From contig JAYTMU010000004.1 of the NCBI GenBank assembly GCA_043728195.1, forward strand, positions 1-49,412: a stretch of 49,412 bases of DNA, read 5' to 3'. Shown here piece by piece: positions 19,679 to 29,196 of the stretch; position 1 is the stretch's first letter; every line of letters starts with the position of its first letter. The notes beneath the pieces are model-generated. The model ran no database searches, had not been told where the DNA came from, and saw only the letters and a program-made list of their open reading frames with translations. The position numbers and the translations under genes are program-made. The DNA comes from Bdellovibrionales bacterium (GTDB lineage Bacteria > Bdellovibrionota > Bdellovibrionia > Bdellovibrionales > Bdellovibrionaceae).

Positions 19679-21037
19679 ATGACAGATGACAGAAAAAAAC
19701 CAGCAAAACTCAGTGCAATAAAATCCTCATTGTTTTCACGTTCATTTTCGGTTGCGAAAATGGGAATAGGTGCCGGGCTTAAATATGCCGGCACAAAAAT
19801 AACTAATTCCCCTTTTGACGACTTTCTAACCGGCCAAGCCATTACGATGACCAAAGAATTTGGCGAGCTAAAAGGTAGCCTTATGAAAGCCGGGCAAATG
19901 CTTTCTATGTACGGTGAATATTTTTTTCCGCCGCAGGCCAATCAGATTCTTAAGACATTGCAGTCAGATTCTCCGCCGGTCGAGTGGTCTAAAATGCGTG
20001 AACACCTGCAAGAATATTTACCAGAAGAAATTTTAGCAGAACTAGAGATCGACCCCGAATCGATCGGTAGCGCTTCCCTTGGTCAGGTTCACAAAGCACG
20101 AATTATTGCCACGAATGAAATTATTGCTTTAAAAATTCAGTACCCGGCCGTTGATAAAGCAATTGATTCAGATTTGCGGGCACTAAAGACGCTGTTAAAA
20201 GTTTCGCGTATCTTACCAGATGGTCTGGATCTGGATCCGGTGTTTAAAGAAATTAAAACCATGCTTGAGCAGGAATTGGACTATAAGCAGGAAGCGGAAG
20301 CTACGAAAACATATCTGAAATTGATTGGCACCGATGCAAGATTCGTGGTGCCGCAAATTTACGATCGGTATTCGAACAAAAAAGTTTTAGCCACACAGTA
20401 TGTAGAAGGACTAAAAGCCGATCACCCACTTATTCAAGGGTTAAGTCAAAAAAGGCGCAATCGATTAGCTGAGAATTTTCTTGAACTTTACCTGAAAGAA
20501 ATTTTTACTTGGAATACCGTTCAGACTGATCCGCACCTAGGAAATTATAAAATTCAGCTAGATCCGCTAGGTAATGACCGCTTGGTGTTACTTGATTTTG
20601 GCGCTTGCCGTCAGTTTTCTAACGATTTTATTGATGCCTACCGCCGCATGATTAAAGGATCGGTTCAGTACAACGAGCCATTATTTTTTAATGCGGCCAG
20701 GGATTTAGGTTTTATAGTCGATACCGATTCACCTGAATATATAAAAACTTTCTCCACTTTTTGTTATGAAACAGTTGAGCCCTTTTGGACTGCTGATGAT
20801 CCACGAAATACGTCTGGAAAAATAGGCGCAGACGGTAATTACCACTGGAAGCAGACAGACTTACCAGGCCGAGTTGTTAAAAAAGCAATGCAGTTTAAAA
20901 ACTTTGACTTACGCTCGCCACCCCAGGAAATCTTGTTTCTTGACCGAAAAACAGGCGGGGTTTTCATCTTCTTGTCGGTGTTAGCCGCTGATATTAACGC
21001 GCGAAAAATCATTGATCCTTTTTTAGCTACAGTTTAA
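19679..21037 (+). CDS. AarF/ABC1/UbiB family atypical kinase
   Basis: MKAGQ, SASLGQVH.A, ALKIQYP, ELDY..EA, DPHLGN, LLDFG. Confidence 0.9.
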   Translation: MTDDRKKPAKLSAIKSSLFSRSFSVAKMGIGAGLKYAGTKITNSPFDDFLTGQAITMTKEFGELKGSLMKAGQMLSMYGEYFFPPQANQILKTLQSDSPPVEWSKMREHLQEYLPEEILAELEIDPESIGSASLGQVHKARIIATNEIIALKIQYPAVDKAIDSDLRALKTLLKVSRILPDGLDLDPVFKEIKTMLEQELDYKQEAEATKTYLKLIGTDARFVVPQIYDRYSNKKVLATQYVEGLKADHPLIQGLSQKRRNRLAENFLELYLKEIFTWNTVQTDPHLGNYKIQLDPLGNDRLVLLDFGACRQFSNDFIDAYRRMIKGSVQYNEPLFFNAARDLGFIVDTDSPEYIKTFSTFCYETVEPFWTADDPRNTSGKIGADGNYHWKQTDLPGRVVKKAMQFKNFDLRSPPQEILFLDRKTGGVFIFLSVLAADINARKIIDPFLATV

Positions 21038-21045
21038 AAAAAGCT

Positions 21046-21879
21046 GTGCATGATTACCAAATAGTTATTTTAAGTTACAATCACCCTGAGCTAACTGCCC
21101 AAACAATTGGTTCAGTATTAAATTTAGGCTTCCCAGCCCAGCACGTGCTACTTGTACACAATGGAAGTGAACAAAAACACAGTCAGGCTCTTCAGGAAAA
21201 GTTTAAGAACATTCAGCATATTTTTTTAAAAGCAAATCAAGGCTTCACGGGCGGAGCAAACTTTGGCTTATCGGAAGCTTTTAAAACGTGTGATAAAGCA
21301 CTATTTCTGACGAACGACACGGAGGCCCTAGCGCTACCCACCCACTTTCCAAACGCGTACGATCTATTTTCGATTTTAATTTCAAAACGCAATTCAGCAC
21401 ACGTGGATTCGGTAATGGGGGAAGTTAATCTGCGTACGGGTACATTGACCCACATTCGGAATGTAAACGATTTAATTAATTCACGCCATCATAAGACGTA
21501 TGTTCCAGGCACTGCATTTGGTATTACTAAAGTCGCGTTCGAAACATTAGATGGCTTTGATGAGACCTTCCACACGTACTGGGAAGATGTCGACCTAAGC
21601 CTTCGCGCACATCAAAAGAATATGCACATTGGCCATCACTTAGAATTTCATGTTAAACATAAAATTGGTAAAACCTGCCACAAACATCGGTTCTATACCC
21701 TTTATCTTTTTCAAAGAAACAAGAAACGCTTTCTTGCTCGTTACTCTAAATCGTATTTTTCATTTCGATTTTATTATTACGCGGGAATGTTTCGTTTAGC
21801 GTGGCGTATTCTTAAACAGCCACAGAAAAAAATAAACTTTAATTTCTGGTGGAAAGCTCTTTGTGATCAAAAAATTTAA
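21046..21879 (+). CDS. Family 2 glycosyltransferase
   Basis: IVILSYN, HNGS, N.GFTGGAN.G, NDT, GFDE.F..YWEDVDLSLR. Confidence 0.88.
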   Translation: MHDYQIVILSYNHPELTAQTIGSVLNLGFPAQHVLLVHNGSEQKHSQALQEKFKNIQHIFLKANQGFTGGANFGLSEAFKTCDKALFLTNDTEALALPTHFPNAYDLFSILISKRNSAHVDSVMGEVNLRTGTLTHIRNVNDLINSRHHKTYVPGTAFGITKVAFETLDGFDETFHTYWEDVDLSLRAHQKNMHIGHHLEFHVKHKIGKTCHKHRFYTLYLFQRNKKRFLARYSKSYFSFRFYYYAGMFRLAWRILKQPQKKINFNFWWKALCDQKI

Positions 21880-22732
21880 TTTTAAAACGTATTCTAAATT
21901 GCTTTTGTATTTCTGGATATATACGCTAGCGGTCATACTTTGGGGTGCTTGGGTACGTATTTCCCATTCGGGTGATGGCTGTGGCGATCACTGGCCACTT
22001 TGCAGCGGGGAATTCATACCGGATTTCACCCAGCAAAAAACATGGATTGAGTACACTCACCGTTTAATGACTGGTGCATTTGGCCTTATCGTTTTTTTTA
22101 TTTTTTATAAGATTCAGAATTCAGGCGCGTCGAAAACTACAAAGTCCTTAAATATCAGTTTACTAATTCTGATGATCTCCGAAGCTTTGCTTGGTGCACT
22201 TTTAGTTAAGAGTCAGTTGGTAACAACAAATGATTCGGTTTATCGATTGGTTGTTATGATCTTTCATCAATTAAATAGTTTTTTACTTACCGGGACAACC
22301 TTTCTACTTTTTTTGACCCTTTACCACGAGCCGTTTACAGTGCGGATCAAATCCATGGTTCCATTTATTCTTTTTTTATTTTTAGCAATTAGCGGAGCCA
22401 TTGCAGCCCTAAGTGTGACGCTGTTCCCAAGCGTGTCTGTTTGGAATGGCATTCTGGATGATTTTTCATCGACATCGCATCTTTTTGTACGTTTGCGCAT
22501 TTTGCACCCACTGCTTGCCACAGTACTTGGTATAGGGTTCATGAGTTGGCTATTTAGCCGTGGTCACAACAGGGCTGCATTTGAATTTTTAATCGCTGTT
22601 GCAGTCGGCGTTGCTACAGTACTTACGTTGTCGCCGGTACCGCTAAAATTAGCGCATTTGCTGATAGCCCATTTATTATGGGCTCGAATTATTTATTTGT
22701 TTGTAAGCTCGCCAGATTCGAATAAACGATAA
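21863..22732 (+). CDS. COX15/CtaA (heme A synthase) family membrane protein
   Basis: SGDGCGDHWPLC, IEYTHR, further His residues in TM helices. Confidence 0.8.
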   Translation: MIKKFNFKTYSKLLLYFWIYTLAVILWGAWVRISHSGDGCGDHWPLCSGEFIPDFTQQKTWIEYTHRLMTGAFGLIVFFIFYKIQNSGASKTTKSLNISLLILMISEALLGALLVKSQLVTTNDSVYRLVVMIFHQLNSFLLTGTTFLLFLTLYHEPFTVRIKSMVPFILFLFLAISGAIAALSVTLFPSVSVWNGILDDFSSTSHLFVRLRILHPLLATVLGIGFMSWLFSRGHNRAAFEFLIAVAVGVATVLTLSPVPLKLAHLLIAHLLWARIIYLFVSSPDSNKR

Positions 22733-23298
22733 AGAAATTCAATCTGCTGGTTGATCGAATGTATTTGTATCATTTCGTACTGCAAATCGTAATCCGTAAC
22801 AAGGTATGCAGCAAATGCAGAAACTATTTCCTTGGGGCCAATTAGACTTCGTAAAAAAACATCTTGTTGTGCTTGGTTTGGCACATGTTTTTTAATCCAA
22901 CGAACTAGCACCTGACTTAATTTTAAAAAATGTGTTTTGCTTTCCTCACTGACATCATGAACTTCATCTATTGGTTGGCCGTCAGCGACTATGTAAGGGT
23001 CTACAGCTTTTAAATTCTGCAGGTCTAAAAACGCCTTACCAATACAATTGATGAATATAATTAATGTCCCATCTGCTCGCGTTTCAATAATTTGCGGATG
23101 ACCGTAGCCCGCAATAGGCCGAATTTCTTGGGAACCTTCGGGCACAAAGCAGATGGCGATAGGGGTGTTTTTTGCTATCGCATCTTGAATCATTTGAATG
23201 TAGCGTTCTTCAAATATCTGAAGCGGTTTCGTAGTGCTTGGAAACAAGTTCACATTAGTCAGTGGAAATAGATAAAATTCTGCTTTTTGGCGTGACAT
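22693..23298 (-). CDS. Lon protease substrate-binding domain protein (no protease domain)
   Basis: LFPL..V.LFP....PLQIFEERY..MI motif. Confidence 0.85.
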   Translation of the reverse strand: MSRQKAEFYLFPLTNVNLFPSTTKPLQIFEERYIQMIQDAIAKNTPIAICFVPEGSQEIRPIAGYGHPQIIETRADGTLIIFINCIGKAFLDLQNLKAVDPYIVADGQPIDEVHDVSEESKTHFLKLSQVLVRWIKKHVPNQAQQDVFLRSLIGPKEIVSAFAAYLVTDYDLQYEMIQIHSINQQIEFLYRLFESGELTNK

Positions 23299-23335
23299 GC
23301 TTAACACCCCGTAATTCATAGTGTACATTAAAGTT

Positions 23336-23725
23336 ATGAAAAGAATTATCTTTTTTGACGGTGTCTGTCCTGTGTGTAATGGCTTTGTGGATTATGTCCT
23401 AAAAAAGGATTTAAAAAACCAGTTCCAGTTTTCGTCCTTACAATCTCAGTTCGCGAAAACCACTTTGCTACCTCAGTACCAAGGGCTAGATTCAGTTATT
23501 TTGTTGGAAAATGACCAAACATTTATCAAATCTACGGCAGTGCTTCGTATTTTATTTCAACTTAACAGGCACTGGAATGCGCTTGCGGTATTTTTATCAG
23601 CAATTCCCCGACCAATTCGCGATTTTTTCTATGATATTTTCGCGAAAAATCGCTACCGAATTTTCGGCCAAAATGAGATATGCCGCGTACCAACGGTTAA
23701 GGAAAAGTTACGGTTTATCGAATAG
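23336..23725 (+). CDS. DCC1/DUF393 thiol-disulfide oxidoreductase family
   Basis: FDGVCPVC, F.SLQS, RD..YD..A.NRY..FG. Confidence 0.88.
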   Translation: MKRIIFFDGVCPVCNGFVDYVLKKDLKNQFQFSSLQSQFAKTTLLPQYQGLDSVILLENDQTFIKSTAVLRILFQLNRHWNALAVFLSAIPRPIRDFFYDIFAKNRYRIFGQNEICRVPTVKEKLRFIE

Positions 23726-23738
23726 GAAATTTATTTAG

Positions 23739-24137
23739 TTAAAGTAATTTATCAATAAAGTAAATGTCCCCAGGACTAAGTTTAAAATGTTTCATCTCAG
23801 CCGGAGTACACCACTGAATTTGATCATGATCGGTTAGGATCAAATTTGGTATTACGGATATTTGATAACGCCAAAGAAATAACTTAATTTTCTTTGTTTC
23901 GTATTGATGCTCAGCCGAGTCTACAAACTGTAAGCCTGCTGGCTCTAGTACGACTGAGAATTCTTCGTGAATTTCTCGCACTAAAGCTTCTGTGTGGGAT
24001 TCAAAAGCCTCGACCTTACCACCAGGGAATTCCCAAAAACCGGCACCCGATTGGTCTAGGCCTCGGCGGGCAATTAAAAATCGTCCGTCGTGTTTACGTT
24101 GTAAAGCAAGGGCCACGACTTCGATGATAGATGACAT
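23739..24137 (-). CDS. NUDIX hydrolase (MutT/NudG-like)
   Basis: G.WEFPGGKVE..ES..EAL.REI.EE Nudix box. Confidence 0.9.
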   Translation of the reverse strand: MSSIIEVVALALQRKHDGRFLIARRGLDQSGAGFWEFPGGKVEAFESHTEALVREIHEEFSVVLEPAGLQFVDSAEHQYETKKIKLFLWRYQISVIPNLILTDHDQIQWCTPAEMKHFKLSPGDIYFIDKLL

Positions 24138-24169
24138 GCAGTCTCCTGTTTGTTAACGTTAACAGATAT

Positions 24170-25810
24170 ATGCTTGATTTTCAAAACTCGTATCTGATTA
24201 TTCTTCTGGCCGGGGTCTCATTCTTTTTGTACGGAAGCGCCATGGCCTCAACCAGTTTAGAAAAACTTTTGGCTTCAAGAATAACTTCGCTAGTGAATAA
24301 AGTTTCCAAATCAAATCTACTTTCTATTTCGGTTGGTGTTGGTTTAACGACAATTCTGCAAAGTTCGGGTGCCGTGACCTCGATGCTAGTTGGGTTAGGT
24401 ACTGCACGTGTCATTAAACTGCCCCAGGTTATGGGTATCATCATTGGAACTGCTATTGGATCTACGCTAACAGTTCAATTAATATCTTTTGATTTAACTT
24501 CCTATGCACTGCCGTTGTTTGTGCTAGCATTTAGCATTTATTTTTTAAGTAAAAAAAATTCAATTAAAAATTTTGCAACAGTGTTAATGGGTTTTGCCTT
24601 AATATTTATTGGCATTAAAATGATTTCTGAAAGTTCATTGTATTTTTCGAAAATGGAAATACTAGCAGAATTTTTTCAGTCGCTGCGAGATAATTCTTTT
24701 TACTCGTTTTTAGCAGCCATGATATTTTGTGCGTTTGTTCACAGTAGCGCTGTAACCATAGGGCTTGCTATGGGTTTAGCCGCTGCAGGAGTGATCTCGG
24801 TTCCCGATGCGGTCCTATGGGTTTACGGAGCTAACATTGGAACCACATCTACCGCGCTATTTGCAGCCGCTGGCAGCAACTTTATTGGCAAACAAGTGGC
24901 GTGGGCGCACTTTTTTTACAAAACTGTAAGTGTCTTAATATTTTATCCCATCACAAAGTACTTTTTAGAAATACTAATGGCGTACAACACAACCCCTGCC
25001 CGGGTGATTGCCAATGCCCATTTCTTTTTTAATATTGCTTCTGCAATTTTGTTTATCCCCTTCATTAAAAAAGGAGCTGAACTAATTGAAAAAATGTTTC
25101 CAAAAAGTGCAAGTGATGAATTTGGCACTGAATTTCTGACGTTAAATACCTATCAAAACTCAGCCCTGGCCGTTTCGTATTCGCAACGAGAAATTATGCG
25201 CATGGCTGACATTGTCATTGGAATGATTCGTGATTCAGTCGTTCTTTTTGAACAAGAAGACCCGGGATTAGTACAGTCAATTAAAGACCGTGACAACCAA
25301 GTCGACTTTCTTTACCGCGAAATTAAAATGTTTCTACTTGATCATGCAAATAAAAGTTCAACCGTGGTCCACCAAAATGTGATGAACATTATCATGTTCG
25401 TAAGCGATCTAGAGCGCGCGGCAGACTCGATCGACATTAACATTCGGACATTGGCTACTAAGAAGCACGCTTTGAAGTTAGAGTTTTCTGCCGAAGGTTG
25501 GATGGAAATTAAGTCGATGCATTCACAAGTGGTTAAAGTGGCTTCGATGGGGATTAATGCTTACGACAACCCGCAAATGTGTGAGCTTGCAATTCAGCTA
25601 AAACGAGATTTAGCAAAACTTGAAATTTCATTTCGCGAAAATCATATTTCTAGATTAAATCGCGGACTTCGCGAGACCATCAATACCAGTTCGATCCACT
25701 TAGATCTGCTCAGCGAATATCGACGTATTGCAAGTCTTATATGTAACCATGCGTACTCGACAACTAAGGCCAAATTGCCAAATTCAGGGCCGCAAGAAGA
25801 TTTATCGTAG
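24170..25810 (+). CDS. Na/Pi cotransporter family protein with PhoU-like C-terminal domains
   Basis: LQSSGA / VHSSA repeats, GANIGTT, IANAH..FN, DLER..D. Confidence 0.9.
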   Translation: MLDFQNSYLIILLAGVSFFLYGSAMASTSLEKLLASRITSLVNKVSKSNLLSISVGVGLTTILQSSGAVTSMLVGLGTARVIKLPQVMGIIIGTAIGSTLTVQLISFDLTSYALPLFVLAFSIYFLSKKNSIKNFATVLMGFALIFIGIKMISESSLYFSKMEILAEFFQSLRDNSFYSFLAAMIFCAFVHSSAVTIGLAMGLAAAGVISVPDAVLWVYGANIGTTSTALFAAAGSNFIGKQVAWAHFFYKTVSVLIFYPITKYFLEILMAYNTTPARVIANAHFFFNIASAILFIPFIKKGAELIEKMFPKSASDEFGTEFLTLNTYQNSALAVSYSQREIMRMADIVIGMIRDSVVLFEQEDPGLVQSIKDRDNQVDFLYREIKMFLLDHANKSSTVVHQNVMNIIMFVSDLERAADSIDINIRTLATKKHALKLEFSAEGWMEIKSMHSQVVKVASMGINAYDNPQMCELAIQLKRDLAKLEISFRENHISRLNRGLRETINTSSIHLDLLSEYRRIASLICNHAYSTTKAKLPNSGPQEDLS

Positions 25811-25864
25811 CTTTGCGATTCGTCGAAATAATTTGTGGGTGGATTATTAGAATACCGACTTAAG

Positions 25865-26132
25865 AACGCAGTGAGGGGTATGCCTAGGGCATCCATCCAT
25901 GAGAACGCTTACTTATGGCCTTCCTGGCCATAAGTTCGAAAAGAGATAAATGCAGCTTTGGATATCTTCACAGATGGTTGTGCTTTCGAATAGTGAATAC
26001 AAAATAGTAACGACATAAAATTTTCTGCGTTTCCAAATATGTTTCATATTTGTTTCAAGAACTAAGGGCCACGACGGCCCTTAGTAAGCGTTCTCATGGA
26101 TGGATGCCCTAGGCATACCCCTCACTGCAGTT
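25865..26132. repeat. REP/REPIN- or MITE-like element 2: inverted ~75-bp units (25865-25938 and 26059-26132) around a 120-bp spacer
   Basis: Perfect 46-bp inverted repeat 25868-25913 / 26083-26128; each arm ends in a GGCC-N5-GGCC hairpin; between convergent genes; homologous to 517-710. Confidence 0.9.
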
Positions 26133-26175
26133 ATTACGTCCGTATCTAAATAAAACACAAACAAACCAACTTTGC

Positions 26176-26751
26176 TTACAATGGTCTTACTTTTTGAGTC
26201 GCCTCAATGATAGATCTATATTCAGCGCTAAATTCTTCCATCAGCACTTCTGCAAATTTTTTCGGATTAACTTTTAAGTCTTCTAAGCAGCACGTAGCTA
26301 CCGGTGTGCCTTCGTTTTTTATATTAATACCTAGGTGAATCATGCACGACACAGCTGACCCGGACGCTATTGAAATAGTAAGCTTCAACGCATTTTCTTT
26401 TTTGTCTAAGTAAAGGTCATCACCTTCACGCCATAACTTCTTGGTTTTTAGCACGCTTGAGGTCGAATTCAAAATATCTTCAGCAATAGAAACTAAAAGA
26501 CGCTGTAAGCTTACAGCCGTCATCAAATTTTGCTGAAATAGCTCGACGATAAAATGAAGCATCGAATCGGATTCTATTTTAGCTTTTGCTACCAGATCTT
26601 CTGCATCAATCATTTTTTCAAAACTAACATGGCAGGCACCTTCAAATGCTACAATCGAATCACCGTGCACATTGTGGTTCATGTAACTGTACAGTGGTAC
26701 TAACTGTGATCCATCATAATTTGTTTTCTGCGATACATACTTAGTCTTCAT
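26176..26751 (-). CDS. DUF366 family protein
   Basis: YDGSQL, GDSIVAF.G.C.V, M.D.ED, MLHFIVE, R.GDDLY, KL..SIA, H.GIN motifs as recalled for DUF366. Confidence 0.8.
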   Translation of the reverse strand: MKTKYVSQKTNYDGSQLVPLYSYMNHNVHGDSIVAFEGACHVSFEKMIDAEDLVAKAKIESDSMLHFIVELFQQNLMTAVSLQRLLVSIAEDILNSTSSVLKTKKLWREGDDLYLDKKENALKLTISIASGSAVSCMIHLGINIKNEGTPVATCCLEDLKVNPKKFAEVLMEEFSAEYRSIIEATQKVRPL

Positions 26752-27446
26752 TGTTTTCCTGTTTCTGCAAAGTTCCCTAAGGCATCAATGCGGGAAAGTT
26801 TAAATGCTCGTTTAGCACGTTGGCACGATTCACATTGGCCACACCATTTTTCTTCGTCTAAATAACATGGCCAGATATCATTAAATGGCAGCTGTAGTTC
26901 CGCACCTAATTTTGCAATGTCTGGTTTCGTCATGCGAATCGTGTAGCACTTCACGTCAACTTGGTTCGCCGTCGAAAACGAAAACGATTTCCGCGTGGCG
27001 CGAATAAAATCAAAGCTATTGTCCGGAAAAGTTGAAGCTTCTTCCGCATTGAATCCGGGTATGATGTACTTAGCCTTTAAGCTTTCGGCAAAACTAGCTG
27101 CAATATTTAAAAACACGCCATTGCGGTTAGGAATCCATACCGCGCGCGCCGTTTTTTCAGAGGTCGCTTGATTATCAATGGCGATTTGCCGACCTTTTGG
27201 AATAATTCCATCAGCGTGGGTTAAACCTGACTTTCCGAGTGGCTTAAGCCACGGTAGATCCACGACAATATGGGTTACATTTTTTGAGCCCGCTAACTTT
27301 TTTGATTTTTCTATTTCTTTTAAAGCTGCACGTTGTCCGTAATTAAACGTAAGCGCAAGCGGAACTTCAAATTCCCTAAGAGCTGCGAAAAAATTAACAC
27401 TTGAATCTAGCCCTGCAGAAAGTAAAATTACGGCTTTATCTTTCAT
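26748..27446 (-). CDS. queC: 7-cyano-7-deazaguanine synthase (variant type)
   Basis: LLSAGLDS, FNYGQR, VWIPNRN, CY...CGQCESC zinc site. Confidence 0.9.
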   Translation of the reverse strand: MKDKAVILLSAGLDSSVNFFAALREFEVPLALTFNYGQRAALKEIEKSKKLAGSKNVTHIVVDLPWLKPLGKSGLTHADGIIPKGRQIAIDNQATSEKTARAVWIPNRNGVFLNIAASFAESLKAKYIIPGFNAEEASTFPDNSFDFIRATRKSFSFSTANQVDVKCYTIRMTKPDIAKLGAELQLPFNDIWPCYLDEEKWCGQCESCQRAKRAFKLSRIDALGNFAETGKQ

Positions 27447-29146
27447 GCTAATTTTAAGTCCTTTACCAGAAGTTGGATTGTTTTTTTACCGTTGAAGTAA
27501 TTCCACTGTAGTTCGGCTAAGATATGATAATGACCACCGGCCTTGGTTATTTCTTTAAGCATGGGCGTCGGTGAAAAAAGTAATGCATCAACTTTACTTT
27601 GTGCTAAATCATTACCACTTAAACTTAATTTTAAGTGGCCGCCTTTTAATTCTTTAACGCTAGACACTTTTACAGAATGAATTTGTAAAAGCGGAACATG
27701 AAAACCCATACCGTAGGGACCTATGAAATCGTGCCACTTCATTGCATGCACATTAATTTCTGTAATATCTGCAGTGGTATCAAAATCTAGCTGCACTGGT
27801 TTTGGAGTCATTTTCATAGCCGCAAAATGCTGCTTTAAAAATTGCAGAAAGCGTTCTTCATTGGTTTCGTGCAGTTCAAAGCCGGCTGCAGCCGCATGCC
27901 CACCAAATCTATTTAGCACTGTTTCGCTAGCCTTAAGCGCTTCAACCAAACTTATCGACGAGCCATTGGGTGCCCGGCTGCTACCAACGATCATGCCTTC
28001 AGAATTTTTAGAACCAACAAAGGCCGGACAATTAAAATGCTGACTTAACTTTGTGGCAATTAAACCAATCACGCCACGGTGAAACAAATCTGACGACACA
28101 AAGACAAAATCTTTTTCGCTCCAGTCGGCCAACATTTCAAAAGCCTTCGCTTCGGCGTCTCCTTGAAGATTTTGCCTAGTCTGATTATTTTCAAGTATGT
28201 GCGAAACCATATTCTGCGCTTTTTTAAAATCAGTTTCTAAATATATTTGCGCAGGCAGCACATTATTTTCTAACCGGGATAAGGCATTTAACTTAGGCGC
28301 AAAGCGAATGGCCACATCCTGCGAAGTTAATTCTCGTGAATTTAATTTCAAAGCTTCTAATAACGTGCGTAAACCAGGTCTTTTTGTTTCAGCAAGTGCC
28401 ACTAGGCCATGCTTTACCAGCACGCGGTTATCATGAATTAGCGGAACCATGTCTGTGACCGTGCCTATGCAAAAAAATTCGAGTACTTCTTTTAAATCCC
28501 ATTCTTTTTTTGGCAGTGCTGAATCTTCAAAAAAAGCGCGCTTCAGAGCCCTCAAAAGGTAAAACGCCACACCTGCACCACATAAATAGCCAAGCCCTGA
28601 TCGACAGGCTTTCTGATTTGGATTTACGACCACGTAGGCATTTGGCAAGGTCTCGGCGGGTAAATGATGATCTGTTAGGATGACGTCAACGCCAAGTTCA
28701 TTAGCGCGTTCGAAAGCTTTAAATGACGTGATACCGACGTCGACTGTTACAATCAGTGATATTCCAAGGTGTTGCAATTCGGTAACTGCACCCGCATGAA
28801 ATCCGTAACCTTCCGAAAGCCTTTTTGGCTGGTAGTAGGCCACGTGTTTAAAACCAAGATTTTCCAAGCCTATTTTTAAAATAGCTAACCCACTGGTGCC
28901 GTCTAAATCGAAATCGGCATAGATACAAATTTTTTCATCGTTTTTAAAAGCCTGAACCAGTCTAGAAACGGCCTTTTCCATTCCCAACATCAGATTAGGA
29001 TCAGAAAGCCCGCTTAGCTTTGGTTGCAATAAATTTTCTAAATTATCTTGTGTAATTTCACGCGAGGCCAGCACGCGCGCAATTAAATCCGGAAAGGGTC
29101 CTGTCGGTTTTGGAGTTTGAGATTCTCTCAGTTTCCAAATTTGCAT
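27443..29146 (-). CDS. recJ: ssDNA-specific exonuclease RecJ
   Basis: YADFDLDG, TVDVG, TDHH, GAGVAF, TDMVPL, GGHAAAAG. Confidence 0.95.
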   Translation of the reverse strand: MQIWKLRESQTPKPTGPFPDLIARVLASREITQDNLENLLQPKLSGLSDPNLMLGMEKAVSRLVQAFKNDEKICIYADFDLDGTSGLAILKIGLENLGFKHVAYYQPKRLSEGYGFHAGAVTELQHLGISLIVTVDVGITSFKAFERANELGVDVILTDHHLPAETLPNAYVVVNPNQKACRSGLGYLCGAGVAFYLLRALKRAFFEDSALPKKEWDLKEVLEFFCIGTVTDMVPLIHDNRVLVKHGLVALAETKRPGLRTLLEALKLNSRELTSQDVAIRFAPKLNALSRLENNVLPAQIYLETDFKKAQNMVSHILENNQTRQNLQGDAEAKAFEMLADWSEKDFVFVSSDLFHRGVIGLIATKLSQHFNCPAFVGSKNSEGMIVGSSRAPNGSSISLVEALKASETVLNRFGGHAAAAGFELHETNEERFLQFLKQHFAAMKMTPKPVQLDFDTTADITEINVHAMKWHDFIGPYGMGFHVPLLQIHSVKVSSVKELKGGHLKLSLSGNDLAQSKVDALLFSPTPMLKEITKAGGHYHILAELQWNYFNGKKTIQLLVKDLKLA

Positions 29147-29196
29147 TTAACCCTTCCCGATGCTTGCCTTGTAGCTAAGTAGTAGCTTAGTAAAAA

